Positions 32,865 to 44,470 of a DNA stretch of 54,085 bases are shown here, piece after piece. The DNA comes from Histomonas meleagridis 2922-C6/04-290x (taxonomy: Eukaryota > Protista > Parabasalia), in assembly GCA_020184695.1 (NCBI GenBank), contig JAANOX010000060.1:1-54085 (forward strand). The letters are read 5' to 3'. The notes beneath the pieces were generated by a model that ran no database searches, was not told the origin of the DNA, and saw nothing but the letters and a program-made list of their open reading frames with translations. The translations under genes were made by a program, and so were the position numbers. The stretch's first letter is position 1; each line of letters opens with the position of its first letter.

Positions 32865-34184
32865 TTGGAAATGGCTGTATATAAAGGGAAAAATAATTTT
32901 CAATTTAGTTTTTATGATATCGATGATCACCACTTGATAACACTTAAGGATTTTGGATTTTCATCTCCAGAATGGGAAAAAATTACAAAATCTGATTTAT
33001 TCATTTTTAAAAAATCCAGACTTAATACAAAATATCGGCCTAATTTTAACTTAATGTTTGCATCACCATTTCCTAAATATATCATTCAAAGATTAACCAA
33101 TAAAGCAAATTCGGATAGATCAAATACAACATATTTTAATAAAGTGTATTTTAAAAATAAAACAAATGAATTATGTTTCATCCTAGATTCAATCGAGTTC
33201 ATAACTTCATACCCTCAAAAATTACCAGAATCTTTTTATTCAGGTGATTTAATTTCAATCCTTTGTTATTATGCCACACAAGAAAATAAGGAATACGCAA
33301 TGCAAATAATTCGGATATTTTCAAATTTAGCAACAAATTCATTTGAAACATCTCATTTTTTAGTTCGAGGAGAAATAATCAATTTTATGTTTTCCTTTAT
33401 AGAAAGAATTAATAACGAACAACTTCTTTCACTTTCTTTTTTCTTTCTTTCTTCATTATGTACATTTGATCATGGCTATGAAATGTTCGAATTTCTTTTC
33501 AATAAATTTCTTTTATACAAAAACCATGAAATTGTCATTCATTCGTTTACAAAAATCTCAAAGTTTTATCCGGGGCTCATTGTCATGGCGGATTTATTAG
33601 GGCTTATTAAAAATTCAATTACAAAAACAAATTTACAAATGAACAAAGATTGTTTTATTTGTTTATATAATTGTTGCATCTTTGAGCCTTCGATTTTAAA
33701 TGATGTAATTGAAGGGGATTTCATGCAAAAAATTGAATACCAATTACAATTTACAAATCGAAATGATGTCATTTATTTACTTGATTTTTTATGTTATATA
33801 GCAAAGAACTCGAATGATTTCGATGATTATTTTGCTGATAATTTACAAAATTTGCTGAATATATTTGTTGATAATCAATACAAAATTAAATTCCACTTTT
33901 TAATGTTAGTAATTATCCTTCTTAATAAGGGAGCATTTAATGTAATAAATGCAATAAAAAATGTAGACATAATACAAACAATATTGGAATCAATAGATGA
34001 ATCAAATATTGAATTAACTTTAATGATAATTGAAGCTTTGGCTCAATACTTTTCAGCAATAGGGACTGATAACGAAGATTTTGATGAGTTTAGAGAAATC
34101 CTTTTAGAAAATGAATTGCGAGAAGAAGCAAGCTTAGCTGAATGTGTTGCGCGAGCTAAATATATGTTACAAATTGTTGAATAA
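32865..34184 (+). CDS. ARM/HEAT-like repeat protein (likely start ATG 32871)
   Basis: Intact 439-aa ORF with amphipathic helical repeats (IIRIFSNLA, FICLYNCC, LLDFLCYIA). Confidence 0.6.
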   Translation: MEMAVYKGKNNFQFSFYDIDDHHLITLKDFGFSSPEWEKITKSDLFIFKKSRLNTKYRPNFNLMFASPFPKYIIQRLTNKANSDRSNTTYFNKVYFKNKTNELCFILDSIEFITSYPQKLPESFYSGDLISILCYYATQENKEYAMQIIRIFSNLATNSFETSHFLVRGEIINFMFSFIERINNEQLLSLSFFFLSSLCTFDHGYEMFEFLFNKFLLYKNHEIVIHSFTKISKFYPGLIVMADLLGLIKNSITKTNLQMNKDCFICLYNCCIFEPSILNDVIEGDFMQKIEYQLQFTNRNDVIYLLDFLCYIAKNSNDFDDYFADNLQNLLNIFVDNQYKIKFHFLMLVIILLNKGAFNVINAIKNVDIIQTILESIDESNIELTLMIIEALAQYFSAIGTDNEDFDEFREILLENELREEASLAECVARAKYMLQIVE

Positions 34185-34447
34185 TAAAAAACATTATGAT
34201 AAAATACTTCTTCCAATGTTTTGTTGGTTAATCGGTGTAAATCTTTTTGAATGTATTCAATGTTTTCTATGATTTTGTTTTTTGTTTATCAGAAAACTTT
34301 TTGTCAGATGGTTTCTTTCTCTTTTTGAGCTGATAATGATCGTCCGTTTATGTAATTGAATGCCAAAGTGTTAGCGGCCGGTTGTTAACCGCTAAGGCCG
34401 AGGAAAAAGTGCTCACAAATTTGAAATAAAGGAAACAAAACTTTATT

Positions 34448-35008
34448 ATGAATCTTTCAACAAGAGGAGGAACACACATCATTTTCATCGGAAGCACTTC
34501 CGTTGGTAAAACAACACTCATATCTCGAATTGTTGAAGGGAAGTTCGAAGAAACTCAACCAACAACAGGAGCTGCTTTTTTCTCATTCCATACAACCAAC
34601 GAAAATCACCCAATCGTTGAAATATGGGATACTGCCGGAATGGAACGTTACAGATCTTTAAATAAGGCATTCTATAAGGAAGCCGCTGCAGCAATTTTGG
34701 TTTTCGATTTGACAAATTACCAATCTTTTAAGGACTTGGAATCATGGTTTGATGAATTTACAGCGGAGGCACCACAGGGCGCTGTTTTAATTCTCGTTGG
34801 AAACAAATGTGAAATGCAAGATGAAATTGAAGTTGAGCAAGATGAAATCAAAGTTTTCGCAACTGACCACAAAGTTAATTACTTCGCTGTTTCAGCAAAG
34901 ACTGGTGAAGGTGTTCAACAAATGTTTGATCAATTATTGACATTGGTTCCCAAACGAAATGATGTCGAAACAAGACTTGTTGAAGAAGAAAAGAAGAAGT
35001 GTTGTTAA
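34448..35008 (+). CDS. Rab-family small GTPase
   Basis: GSTSVGKT, WDTAGMERYRSL, GNKCE, SAKTG and C-terminal CC prenylation motif. Confidence 0.95.
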   Translation: MNLSTRGGTHIIFIGSTSVGKTTLISRIVEGKFEETQPTTGAAFFSFHTTNENHPIVEIWDTAGMERYRSLNKAFYKEAAAAILVFDLTNYQSFKDLESWFDEFTAEAPQGAVLILVGNKCEMQDEIEVEQDEIKVFATDHKVNYFAVSAKTGEGVQQMFDQLLTLVPKRNDVETRLVEEEKKKCC

Positions 35009-35889
35009 CCCTTTAAAAAATCACAATATTGATATTAATTTTTTTTTGTTTTTGTCGATTCCACTTTTTAAGTAGACGCGTCCATAAAACTTTTTGAAAC
35101 AATTTTTCAACTTTAACCATAATACATTGAAAAAGCGATTACAACAGAATGGAAATTATGAAACAAGAAGAATAAGAAATTAATTTGAGTATACTTTCTA
35201 GAAGGTGTGTTATAGAATTATTAAGATTATGCGCAAATATAATTATGCTAATATGTAAAATGACTGGGTGATTGTTTTATATTAGTGAAATTAGAAAACA
35301 AGAAACCAGTATACCCGTAAAAAAATAATAACAATACAAATCAAGAATAAAACTTACTATAAATAGTAATCCTAAATGTACACTAGTCTGTATTATTCGC
35401 CAAACGATGTAAGGTGTCTTTTGCTATTCTTGGGTGCGATTTTTGAAAAGCTGTATGTTAAAATATTATTAAATATAAAAAAGATTCCGAAGTGACCAAT
35501 TGGAATCATGGTAAATTCTTTTATCTTCAACATATAATAAAAAATAAATAGTAAATTCATGTTCTTTCAAAGGTTTTCACCATTTGCATTTTTGTTGCAA
35601 ACTGTTTGATTCATTAACTGTTGGATGCAATTGGACGAAATAAATGATAAAGAAATTATTAAATATTAATTTTATTCTGGCAAATATCTGAAATCATTTT
35701 AAATTATAGTACAACTTTAAAATATTGATAAAATATAGAGTAATTACTCCATAATTTACTTAGTAAATATCATTAAATTAACATTCAGATCAACTAACAA
35801 AAATATTTTTAATCAAATTCAATAAGTTTATTTATTGTGGTGTTAATAAAAAAAAAATAAATTAAACTTTAGCTAAAGAAAATCAATGT

Positions 35890-36400
35890 TTAATATATTT
35901 TACATGTCTTTTGTCCTTTTTTGACTATTAATTTTCCAAGTTCAATAAACATTTCTTCAATATTCGTGTTATTCAATGCTGATGTCTCAATAAAGTGACC
36001 TCCTAATTTTTTAGCAAGAGTTTCTCCTTCATTTCGACTGATAACTCGCGTGTTAAGATCAGTTTTATTTCCACAAACGAAAAATGGTGCATTTTTTTTG
36101 CGAATAAAATCATACCAGTATTCAACATCGTTAAAAGTTTGACGATCTTCAATGGAATAAACAATAACAAAACCATTTGCTTTCCGAATAGAATTCAATC
36201 GAAATGGTGAAAAGTCATCAGCACCTGCTGTATCAAGAATATTAAATTGAAAATCTTTACCATCAATTGTAATTGCGCGAGTGTAAACATCTTCAATTGT
36301 TGGATCGTAATCTAATATTTTGTGTAAATTGAAGCATTATTGATGATTTTCCTGTGGAACCATCTCCAAGCGACTTGTTTCAATTTCAAACTGATTACAA
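35890..36400 (-). pseudogene. Ras-family GTPase with two N-terminal frameshifts
   Basis: LGDGSTGKSS, DYDPTIEDVY, ILDTAGADDF, GNKTDL, ETSAL and CAAX CKIY. The frame breaks near 36370 and 36315. Confidence 0.85.
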
Positions 36401-36887
36401 AAAATGGAAAGCGCGATAGAGAATTAATCCAAAAAGCAAATCAGTTCCTTCGATGCTTTCAGCGAACAACTTAAACTATAACTTTGAAAAGATAAACACT
36501 AATCTCCTTTGGTTGCTCAATCAGTTGTTCATATGTATATCTTTAAATTTTAATGATCATTCACTTAATAATTTATCTTTTTCATGAAAATATTTAAATT
36601 TTTTATCTTTTTGAAATGATTTAAAATGGTTCAATTACATATATAATATTTTGCACATGCAAGGAATTTGATGTGTAATTGTTTCTATGGCTAGCGGTTC
36701 CAGATAATTTAAATTGGAACACAAGAATTTCAAAAAATCGGACTAATAATGGTTTTCATTAATCTTGATTTCATCACAAAATATGCTCATGTTTGAATTT
36801 TTCACCAACAATTTCTGTAAAGAATTTATAAAGTTTTTTGTGCAAATCTGAATTTTTACTTTATTTTATATAGTGAAAAATTTTTCC

Positions 36888-38096
36888 TTAACAATTATCT
36901 ATTAGTGAAACTATTTCATTTGCCATTTGCAAGATTTCCTCATCATCGGAGTATAACAGTTCGTCGAATGCCGAAGTTGAGTTTACTCTTGATATCAAAT
37001 TTGGAGATTCATTTTCTGATCTCAAAATTGAAAGAATGCCAATCAGCGCATCCTTTGACGTGTCTTCGTTTTCTACGAATTCTGTCAATTCGTCGATTAT
37101 TAACTCATCTTCTTCATGAGATCTTTTAAACGAAAACAAAGTAATCAATGAATTAAACCTAACAATCCGTGGTTGAGTTTGAATTGCTCTAAAAAGAATT
37201 TGTTTTATCATTTCTTCTTGATTACAATTAGTTATTATATCAGCAAAATGTCGGAAAACTTGAAGAACAGCTAATTCTATTGAAGTTGCTCGTGATTCCA
37301 TAAAAGTTTTAAGCATCACTATGTGTTCAAATGGCGGAATGTTTAAAAGAATTAATAATTTAAGAGATAAAGTTATGTTTCGTGGACTTTCATCATATAA
37401 AATTGTAAACAAATGTGTTGCTAATGTTTGAGCCATGTCATCGGAAATAGATGTAACAAATTTTTGTTCGATTAAATTGATTAATGATTCAATGCCATCT
37501 GCAGATACATTTAAAGACTTATGAAAAATTAATTGAAGGATTATATCGAATATTTTTGGAAGACATTGAACAAATTCGTTTGGAAAACTTTTAGTGAATT
37601 TTAATATCAATTTTGAAAAAATTGGAGGATTACTATGTACCATAATAAATGAAATACAATTGGCTTCTTTGAATTGATGGCGAACTGTTTCATTAGAATC
37701 ATATAAAGAAGCAATGATATTTGCTGAAAATTCTTGATTATTTGAAAAAAATAATTGAGTGAAATAAAATGCTGATTCCTCTGGAGAAACTTGAAATGAA
37801 AATGTACAATTTCCCACCAATTTGCTTATGATCCACATTAAACGTGTCTTTAAATCATCGTTATCAATGGAAATAATCATTTTATGTAATAAGTTGAACC
37901 TTTGTTGAGAAAATAAAACACTTATTTTGTTGAGGATTTCATGTACGTCAGATTCTCGAAATGGACTTCTGAGAATAATTTGGATTACTTCATTTGTAAG
38001 TTCTCCGATATCTGTTTCTTTGTTTTTCTTATATTTCAGCTTGAATTTTTCATTTAATAAATGCCTAAAAGAATGCTTGCTTTTGGAAAGGAGCAT
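36888..38096 (-). CDS. ARM/HEAT-like helical repeat hypothetical protein
   Basis: Intact 402-aa ORF with helical repeat character (LMWIISKLV, GIESLINLI, ALIGILSIL). Confidence 0.55.
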   Translation of the reverse strand: MLLSKSKHSFRHLLNEKFKLKYKKNKETDIGELTNEVIQIILRSPFRESDVHEILNKISVLFSQQRFNLLHKMIISIDNDDLKTRLMWIISKLVGNCTFSFQVSPEESAFYFTQLFFSNNQEFSANIIASLYDSNETVRHQFKEANCISFIMVHSNPPIFSKLILKFTKSFPNEFVQCLPKIFDIILQLIFHKSLNVSADGIESLINLIEQKFVTSISDDMAQTLATHLFTILYDESPRNITLSLKLLILLNIPPFEHIVMLKTFMESRATSIELAVLQVFRHFADIITNCNQEEMIKQILFRAIQTQPRIVRFNSLITLFSFKRSHEEDELIIDELTEFVENEDTSKDALIGILSILRSENESPNLISRVNSTSAFDELLYSDDEEILQMANEIVSLIDNC

Positions 38097-38486
38097 TCTC
38101 CAAAAATTGGCTTGGTGAAGTCAAAAATCGCGCCAAAAGATGGGCAAAGTATTCAAAATTTAAGGTAAATTGAATTGATTCAAAAAGCTTTTTCAATCTT
38201 TGAAAGTGGATAATTAGTAAGGATTATGAAATGCTTTCCCGCTCGTTTATGTGCTTTTGAAGCCAAAAAGGAGGCATTTATTTTTTGAAGGACGCCTTGA
38301 GATCTTAACCTTTCTAGTTTCTAATTTTTTGAGATTTAATGAAAATTTAAATTTGTTCACAGTATTATTTGATTCTGCTTTTCAAAGCTTTGAAATGTAT
38401 GGAGATATTTTAATGATCATATTGGCTATTAAAAAATTACATAAAATATGCTTGATAAAAAAGAAAAAGGAGAAAAAGAAAAAAAT

Positions 38487-38558
38487 TGTCTCCGGGCAGG
38501 ATCGAACTGCCGTCAAGAGCGTGTTAAACTCCTATTCTAACCATTAGACTACGGAGAC
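38487..38558 (-). tRNA. tRNA-Val (AAC)
   Basis: 72-nt cloverleaf: acceptor GTCTCCG/CGGAGAC, anticodon loop TTAACAC, T arm GGCAG-TTCGATC-CTGCC, followed by an oligo-T Pol III terminator. Confidence 0.95.
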
Positions 38559-38761
38559 TTCTGATTAATTTTTCGATATAAAATATAAATGTATCTAATT
38601 TTGAATATTTTCTTTTAAATTCCACCCAGCTTAATTAATTAACATCAAAAAATACATTCTATTCTTCAAAACCTCCTTGAAGGTTCTCCTAAAAATAGAA
38701 TATGGAATATTCCATATTTTAGGTGTCTCTATGATGCCAAAAAACAAGATATAGAAAAAAT

Positions 38762-38769
38762 GACCGTTT
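38762..38769 (+). promoter_or_regulatory. M3-like core promoter element (GACCGTTT)
   Basis: Consensus match about 33 nt upstream of ATG 38802. Confidence 0.4.
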
Positions 38770-38801
38770 AATAAACCAACAACAAAATCCCTCTGATTGG
38801 G

Positions 38802-39548
38802 ATGGAAATGCTAAAGAAATTCGATCTTAAACAGGTTGGTGACCATTTCGAACTAAAAGGGAAAGAAGTGAATGAAATCTATAAGAAAGGAAATTTTTAT
38901 TCACAGACGAGAATAAATGTAACATTTCATCCAAAAATGAACAAAACAAAGATCCAAACGAACGACCTAAGTAAGTGTCTTGAAATACTAAAATTAGTTT
39001 TTCCAGATCTTTCTGAAATGAAAATTGATGATTTAAAAAATATTCTTAACCCTACAGAACTAAATGACGTAAACGACACCAAACCAGAAGAAACAAATAA
39101 GGGCTGCGAAGCTAAACCCTTAGAAACAAAAACAACAGACGAAAATAAATCAGAGAAACCTTCATACGAATCAAAATTAGAAGAGTACAGTTACCACCAC
39201 TCTAGTGGCTACTTTATTTTTAGAGGCGATTCAATTTCGAAGGAATATAGAGGTAAAAGTCTTTATCAGCAATTGAAACTTAATGTTATTTTTAAAGATG
39301 GAACTACAAAAATTAAGACAGATGATCCTCAGGACTGTGTGAAAGTTCTTCAATTAACGTTTCCAGAAGTGTTCTCTAATTTGACTTTAGAAGATTTTAA
39401 AAAGCATCTCAAAGAAAGACCTGTAAAAACTCAGGCAAAACCAACAGAAACCAAACCAGTAAATGGATATGAGGATGTTTTAAAGCTATTGTTACTTCCT
39501 CCAAACACAAAGATCACAAAAATTGTGTTCAAGCCAGTTCAACCATAA
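38802..39548 (+). CDS. Hypothetical protein with two internally duplicated ~55-aa domains
   Basis: Intact 248-aa ORF. FELKG..Y...INVTF..TKIQTND..CLEILKLVFP aligns with FIFRG..Y...LNVIF..TKIKTDD..CVKVLQLTFP. Confidence 0.7.
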   Translation: MEMLKKFDLKQVGDHFELKGKEVNEIYKKGNFYSQTRINVTFHPKMNKTKIQTNDLSKCLEILKLVFPDLSEMKIDDLKNILNPTELNDVNDTKPEETNKGCEAKPLETKTTDENKSEKPSYESKLEEYSYHHSSGYFIFRGDSISKEYRGKSLYQQLKLNVIFKDGTTKIKTDDPQDCVKVLQLTFPEVFSNLTLEDFKKHLKERPVKTQAKPTETKPVNGYEDVLKLLLLPPNTKITKIVFKPVQP

Positions 39549-39774
39549 AAAATCCTAATCAGTACTTAATTTTTTTTTTTAATTTCTTCATTGCTTTTGA
39601 ATAAGTACAAGACATAACTCAAGTTGAAGAGAGATCACGTTGACAGCCGATAGAACTTTTCAATAATGAAAGCATCGTTTTGACCTGAAAAAACTCCATC
39701 GTTCTATTGAAAAAATAACTGTGGGAAATAGACACTTTTCGTCAAAACGGCGATAACGAAAAGTGCCAAAAACA

Positions 39775-40263
39775 ATGATCTACGCCTTTTACGTCATAAA
39801 TGAAAATGGTGACATTAGGCTTGCTCGTTCCTATGTCGAAATGAGTCAGGAAACACGTAACCGCCTTGCTCATGAGGTTTTCAGAATGATATCAACGCGT
39901 GCTTCAAATCTTTGCAATATTGTTCCTGGCGATGGAATTACAAGCTATTCATTCCAAAGGAAGGTTTCTGTTGTATATAGGGCCTATGCTTCCTTGTTTG
40001 TTATCACTGTTGTCGATGAATGCGAAAATCCATTAGCAATCCTTGATATTATCCACACATTCGTTGAAGTATTGAATGGATGCTTCAAGGATGTTTCAGA
40101 AGTTCAACTTGCTTTCAACCCCGATAAGGCTTTACAAGCACTTGATTCTTTAATCAATGGTGGTTTGATATTTGAAACCCAATCCGAACTTGCACTTTCA
40201 CGCCTTGCCGAAGAAAATGCAGCTGATAAACGATTTGGAATTAAGATGAATATCAATAAGTAA
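39775..40263 (+). CDS. Clathrin adaptor complex small (sigma) chain, AP-3 sigma-like
   Basis: MIYAFYVINENGDIRLARSY...VVYRAYASLF...DECENPLAILDIIHTFVEVLNGCFKDVSEVQLAFN is the longin/sigma signature. Confidence 0.9.
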   Translation: MIYAFYVINENGDIRLARSYVEMSQETRNRLAHEVFRMISTRASNLCNIVPGDGITSYSFQRKVSVVYRAYASLFVITVVDECENPLAILDIIHTFVEVLNGCFKDVSEVQLAFNPDKALQALDSLINGGLIFETQSELALSRLAEENAADKRFGIKMNINK

Positions 40264-40398
40264 ATACCAAAAGCTAAAACATGTTTTGCATGAAAATCTT
40301 GTTACAAGAAAACAAACGAAAGATTGTAATATGTCCTTTCCTTTGTTCCATTTCGTGCGTATTTAAACGTATTCCAAGGCGCCCCATTTTGGTCATTC

Positions 40399-42246
40399 AT
40401 GATTGGGGCAGAAACAAAACAAAAGAATCTTATACAAAAATGGGAAATAAACATAGGTGTTATCGAACAATTCAATGAAACTGGAATTTCTTTAATCCGA
40501 AAAATGTCTCATAATGCAGAAGATTATTATAATTTTACAATGGATTTGTTTGAAACTGAATTTAATGTTTATTTAACAAATAAACAAGAAGAATCAGATA
40601 TTCCCTTATTTTCTAAACTTGAAACACCAGAAGAAATATCTGATTATATTTCAAAATATGGTTACAAAAATTCGCAATGCCTCCTTTTAATGTGCTCTAA
40701 AAACAGAGTAAATGACTGTGATAAATTTATTGAGGAAGTTAAAAAAATTTACAGCGAAGATTGTATCTACAAAGTACTAACTGAGGCAGTATATGGGTCA
40801 AGCATCCCTCATTTATATGCATTTTCGAATTGGAACAATGGAGATAGTGATATCAATGCTGAAATGTTTGCGTTATTCAAGAATCTTGCCTTAAAATTTT
40901 CTGAATCTTCCCGTAAAAATACTCTCCCAGTGCCGTCTATTCGTGCGGACTTTTCACGGTATGATCTTGGAAATATTATATGCATGTCTGGTGATAAATC
41001 AGCCACTTTTATTCTTACAGAGAATCATTTATGCTACCAAAAAACAGATGAACTATGGTTTCCATTACCCCAACAAATCAATGAAAGGCCAACACAAATT
41101 CGGTGTAATTACAATGGGACTCGCGTAATTATCGTTTCGCAATTTGCAGTTTGGCTCATTAACGGTCTCCCAAACACTGTCACTTTTCATAATATCGAAT
41201 ATTCTAATTTTTCAGATGATTCACCACTTCGTGACATTCATTTCATCGGGGAATCCACTGCTTTATTTGTTTATGAGTCACATCTCTCATTTATTGATTT
41301 AACTACAATGCTTGAATCATCAGATATTCCAAAATATTCTGAAAACCACACATTTATATCTTTAAAGCTTCTAAAGAATGATTCCTCTGAAGATTTTTAT
41401 GGTGCATTTCTTGCTACACAACGCGAATTTTATTTCTTCCATTATTCCAATGGTGTTTTTAATGAAAAATCAATAATATTGATTGGAGGTGCTAATGAGC
41501 TCCTTTGTGACTTTGACTTTTATGATGAAGAGCATTTAATCTGTGTGTTCAACAGCAACATTTACTATTGCCCCATCAAATTAACCGCAATTTTTCAATA
41601 CGAAAAGCGGTTATCTGTCAAGATGACAAAAATTGAGAACACTTTCGACTCAATTGACTCAAAGTTTGAGTATCAATGGGATAAAAACAACGCGTCACAA
41701 ATCACATTAACTCGTTCTGGCGACGATTTTTATGTTCTTGTTACAATGTATCCACGTAGTGAACTTTATGGTTTACGTTATTCGAATGACACATTTCAAT
41801 TATTTAAGCTAATTGTGTCAAATGACATAATTGGTTATGGAGGAAATCCTTCAGTATGTATAATATCACCAGGTTACGTTGTCCCTTTTGCTTCGCATTC
41901 TGTTTCCGAAATATTTGAAATTCCAAATTTGTTCACACGAGTTGATCCGAGAGAAGAATTCGATGTCAAAGAATTGGCGGAGTTACAAGAGAAGTTGAAA
42001 GGTTTGGAGAAATTCCTAAGCGAGGTCAAAGCGAAGAAGAATATTAATGTGGAAGTCGACAAGATTGAACAGGATGAAAGTTTTGGCGAATGGGAAGAGG
42101 CAAAGCAGATGCTGATGAGGTGTAAGGAAGCGATGAAGAGAATCGTGGAGGAGAAGCTGGAGGAGAATGAGCAAATGGAAAGTGAAAGTGACGATGAAAA
42201 TGAGAAGTCACTGATATTTGAGGAGTTTGCTAAAGTAATTGAATAA
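40399..42246 (+). CDS. Hypothetical protein, beta-strand-rich core with C-terminal coiled coil
   Basis: Intact 615-aa ORF with a propeller-like alternation of short beta segments and a charged helical tail. Confidence 0.55.
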   Translation: MIGAETKQKNLIQKWEINIGVIEQFNETGISLIRKMSHNAEDYYNFTMDLFETEFNVYLTNKQEESDIPLFSKLETPEEISDYISKYGYKNSQCLLLMCSKNRVNDCDKFIEEVKKIYSEDCIYKVLTEAVYGSSIPHLYAFSNWNNGDSDINAEMFALFKNLALKFSESSRKNTLPVPSIRADFSRYDLGNIICMSGDKSATFILTENHLCYQKTDELWFPLPQQINERPTQIRCNYNGTRVIIVSQFAVWLINGLPNTVTFHNIEYSNFSDDSPLRDIHFIGESTALFVYESHLSFIDLTTMLESSDIPKYSENHTFISLKLLKNDSSEDFYGAFLATQREFYFFHYSNGVFNEKSIILIGGANELLCDFDFYDEEHLICVFNSNIYYCPIKLTAIFQYEKRLSVKMTKIENTFDSIDSKFEYQWDKNNASQITLTRSGDDFYVLVTMYPRSELYGLRYSNDTFQLFKLIVSNDIIGYGGNPSVCIISPGYVVPFASHSVSEIFEIPNLFTRVDPREEFDVKELAELQEKLKGLEKFLSEVKAKKNINVEVDKIEQDESFGEWEEAKQMLMRCKEAMKRIVEEKLEENEQMESESDDENEKSLIFEEFAKVIE

Positions 42247-42661
42247 AATGATAAATAAAGTTAAAAATGATTTTTTGTGAAAAGTTCTTTAATACGAAGT
42301 ATTGAATGGTTTACTCAGTGTAAAAAAATTAAAATTTCATTTATAATATTGAAGAAAATTTGAAGTTTTATAGTTATGTCATATAAGTAAAATTTTATGA
42401 TGTTGAATGATTTGGGTGAAATTTTGGTATAAATATTCATATGAAAGATGTTAAAGTTTTCAATGTAAACTCGATATAATTAAGTTAAAGCCATGTTCTC
42501 GAATATATTTTTTGCAAAAAATTTCGTTCCTAACATTTATATACAGGGTGAGACAAAAGAGTTTGAAATTTCAAAAAAGTTTTCAATTTTTGCTTTTTAT
42601 ATTATTTTCTTCAAATTAAGCTGCAATTTAGGATTCTTCCTTATTTAATTTCCCAATATTT

Positions 42662-44470
42662 ATGGGTAATTATCACATTGATACCACTTATACCAATTAT
42701 TGTTAAGGCTAAGGCTACATCAACAATAATCTTTCATTCAAATTCAAACGGATTTAATTCATCAAAACCACCTATTTGGTTTCTTCATATAACGGACATT
42801 CATCTCGCAGAGCTCAAACCAACGCTTTATAATTTTTGTATGTTGACTCTGTGAATAAATCAATTCATACTTTTAAGCCTATTATTAACTCCGGAGACAT
42901 TGCAGACAATTATGTAAATGATGAATTTTCGACCATACATAGCTCAAAAATATTTCTGACTGAGATTATTATCTCAAATTATTATCTGATTTAAATATAA
43001 CAGATCCAATACACGTTGGCGGTAATCATGATGTCTTTGAAATCATTTCATTTGATTCTAAAAACATTATGCAAACTGAGATTCTTTTACAATAAATCAA
43101 CAGTTCCAGTTCACAAAATTCCATATAATAACGAGGGTTACAATATTACATTTTGTAGAACTTAATCCACATACATTTCCAGCTCCTGAAATCCGTTTTT
43201 ACTTGGGGGGTTTATCCAAGATCTAATACTTTGGATATAATCAAAAAAGAACTTTCCGATGATTCTTTGAAGATTGTTATTTGTCATTTTCCAGCACTGA
43301 TGTGGTATCCATCATTTTCAACGATTCTTAAAAATTCAAATAATGTACGACTTTATTTAGCCGGTCATTTACATCCAAAAACGCCAAAATTTAGACATCA
43401 CGGAAATGCACTTGAAATCATTGGAACTCCTTTGTTTAGGGATAATCAAATAGGTTTGATAACAGTTGATAATAATGCGATTTCGTATCACCAGTTGACT
43501 TTGGATAAAACATGTTATTCTGTAATGACAAATCCAATTCCTGATTATCAAGCAAATAGTTATAATTATTTCAAGGACATAAAAGAAATAAGAGCCATAT
43601 CATTTTGTCAACAACCACAAAACTTGAAATATCAAATTCAAGATGGTGAAGAGAAAACACTTAAATGCAACAAGAAGCTTGAAGATGGCGTTTTCCTTTG
43701 CACCGATACTGTAAACCTATCAAAAGGGACATATGATATGAAATTGATTGGCGATTGGAACGATAGATTCACTTTTACGGTTGGCGACTCGATCGAAAGC
43801 TTTAAAGAAGAACCTTATATTGATGAACCTTCGATATCATATCTTACAGGATTTATTATTTCTGTTATCATTATTTTGTTTGTCACTTTTCCAATCAAAA
43901 TTTTCAAATTTACTGATCAAATTGATGGATTCACAATTCATTTGAAGAAAAATCACATTGGCGTCCATTGATTTTGGGATGTTTTTGTATAATACAAAAT
44001 CGGATTTCTAGCTTACCGAAATATATTCGATTTTCTTTGTTTTTCTTTGTTCTTTTAATATTTATCTTTCCAATTTCTTTCTTCAAAATCGAAGAAACAA
44101 CTTCAGCGTTAATGAGTTGGGGAATTGTATCTAATGGAATTTATACATTTAATTTTTATGGCGGTAGATATGCTCTTTATTATTTGTACGAAGTAATAAT
44201 TCCGTTTATTCTTGTTCCTAACATTTATATCTAGTAGTTTGTATTGTTTAAATATACTTTGTAATTATTGTGATCCTTTAGTTACACAAATTTTATAATT
44301 TTCTTCATTTAATTTTTATTCCGATCATTCATATAACTAAAGTTCTTTGCAAAAAATGAGTAAATTTTCCTTTTTTCATTTGCAAAATTAGTTTTCATTT
44401 TAACAAGTTCCATTTGGATTTTAGCTGTTGTTGATAATTGTGTCGCTCTTATTAGAACTTATGAATAATT
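42662..44470 (+). pseudogene. Fragmented calcineurin-like metallophosphoesterase with C-terminal TM region (TMEM62-like)
   Basis: Motifs in successive frames: HITDIH (~42785), GDIADN (~42893), GNHD (~43021) and LAGHLHP, then TM segments. Multiple frameshifts. Confidence 0.75.

Noticed and set aside
38251-38547. 98-aa ORF on the plus strand
   Set aside because: It has a GTG start and low complexity, and it overlaps the tRNA-Val gene and its terminator in antisense.
40399-42246. Possible Nup88/Nup82-like identity (propeller plus coiled coil)
   Set aside because: Only the architecture is suggestive and no diagnostic motif was recognised, so it is left as hypothetical.
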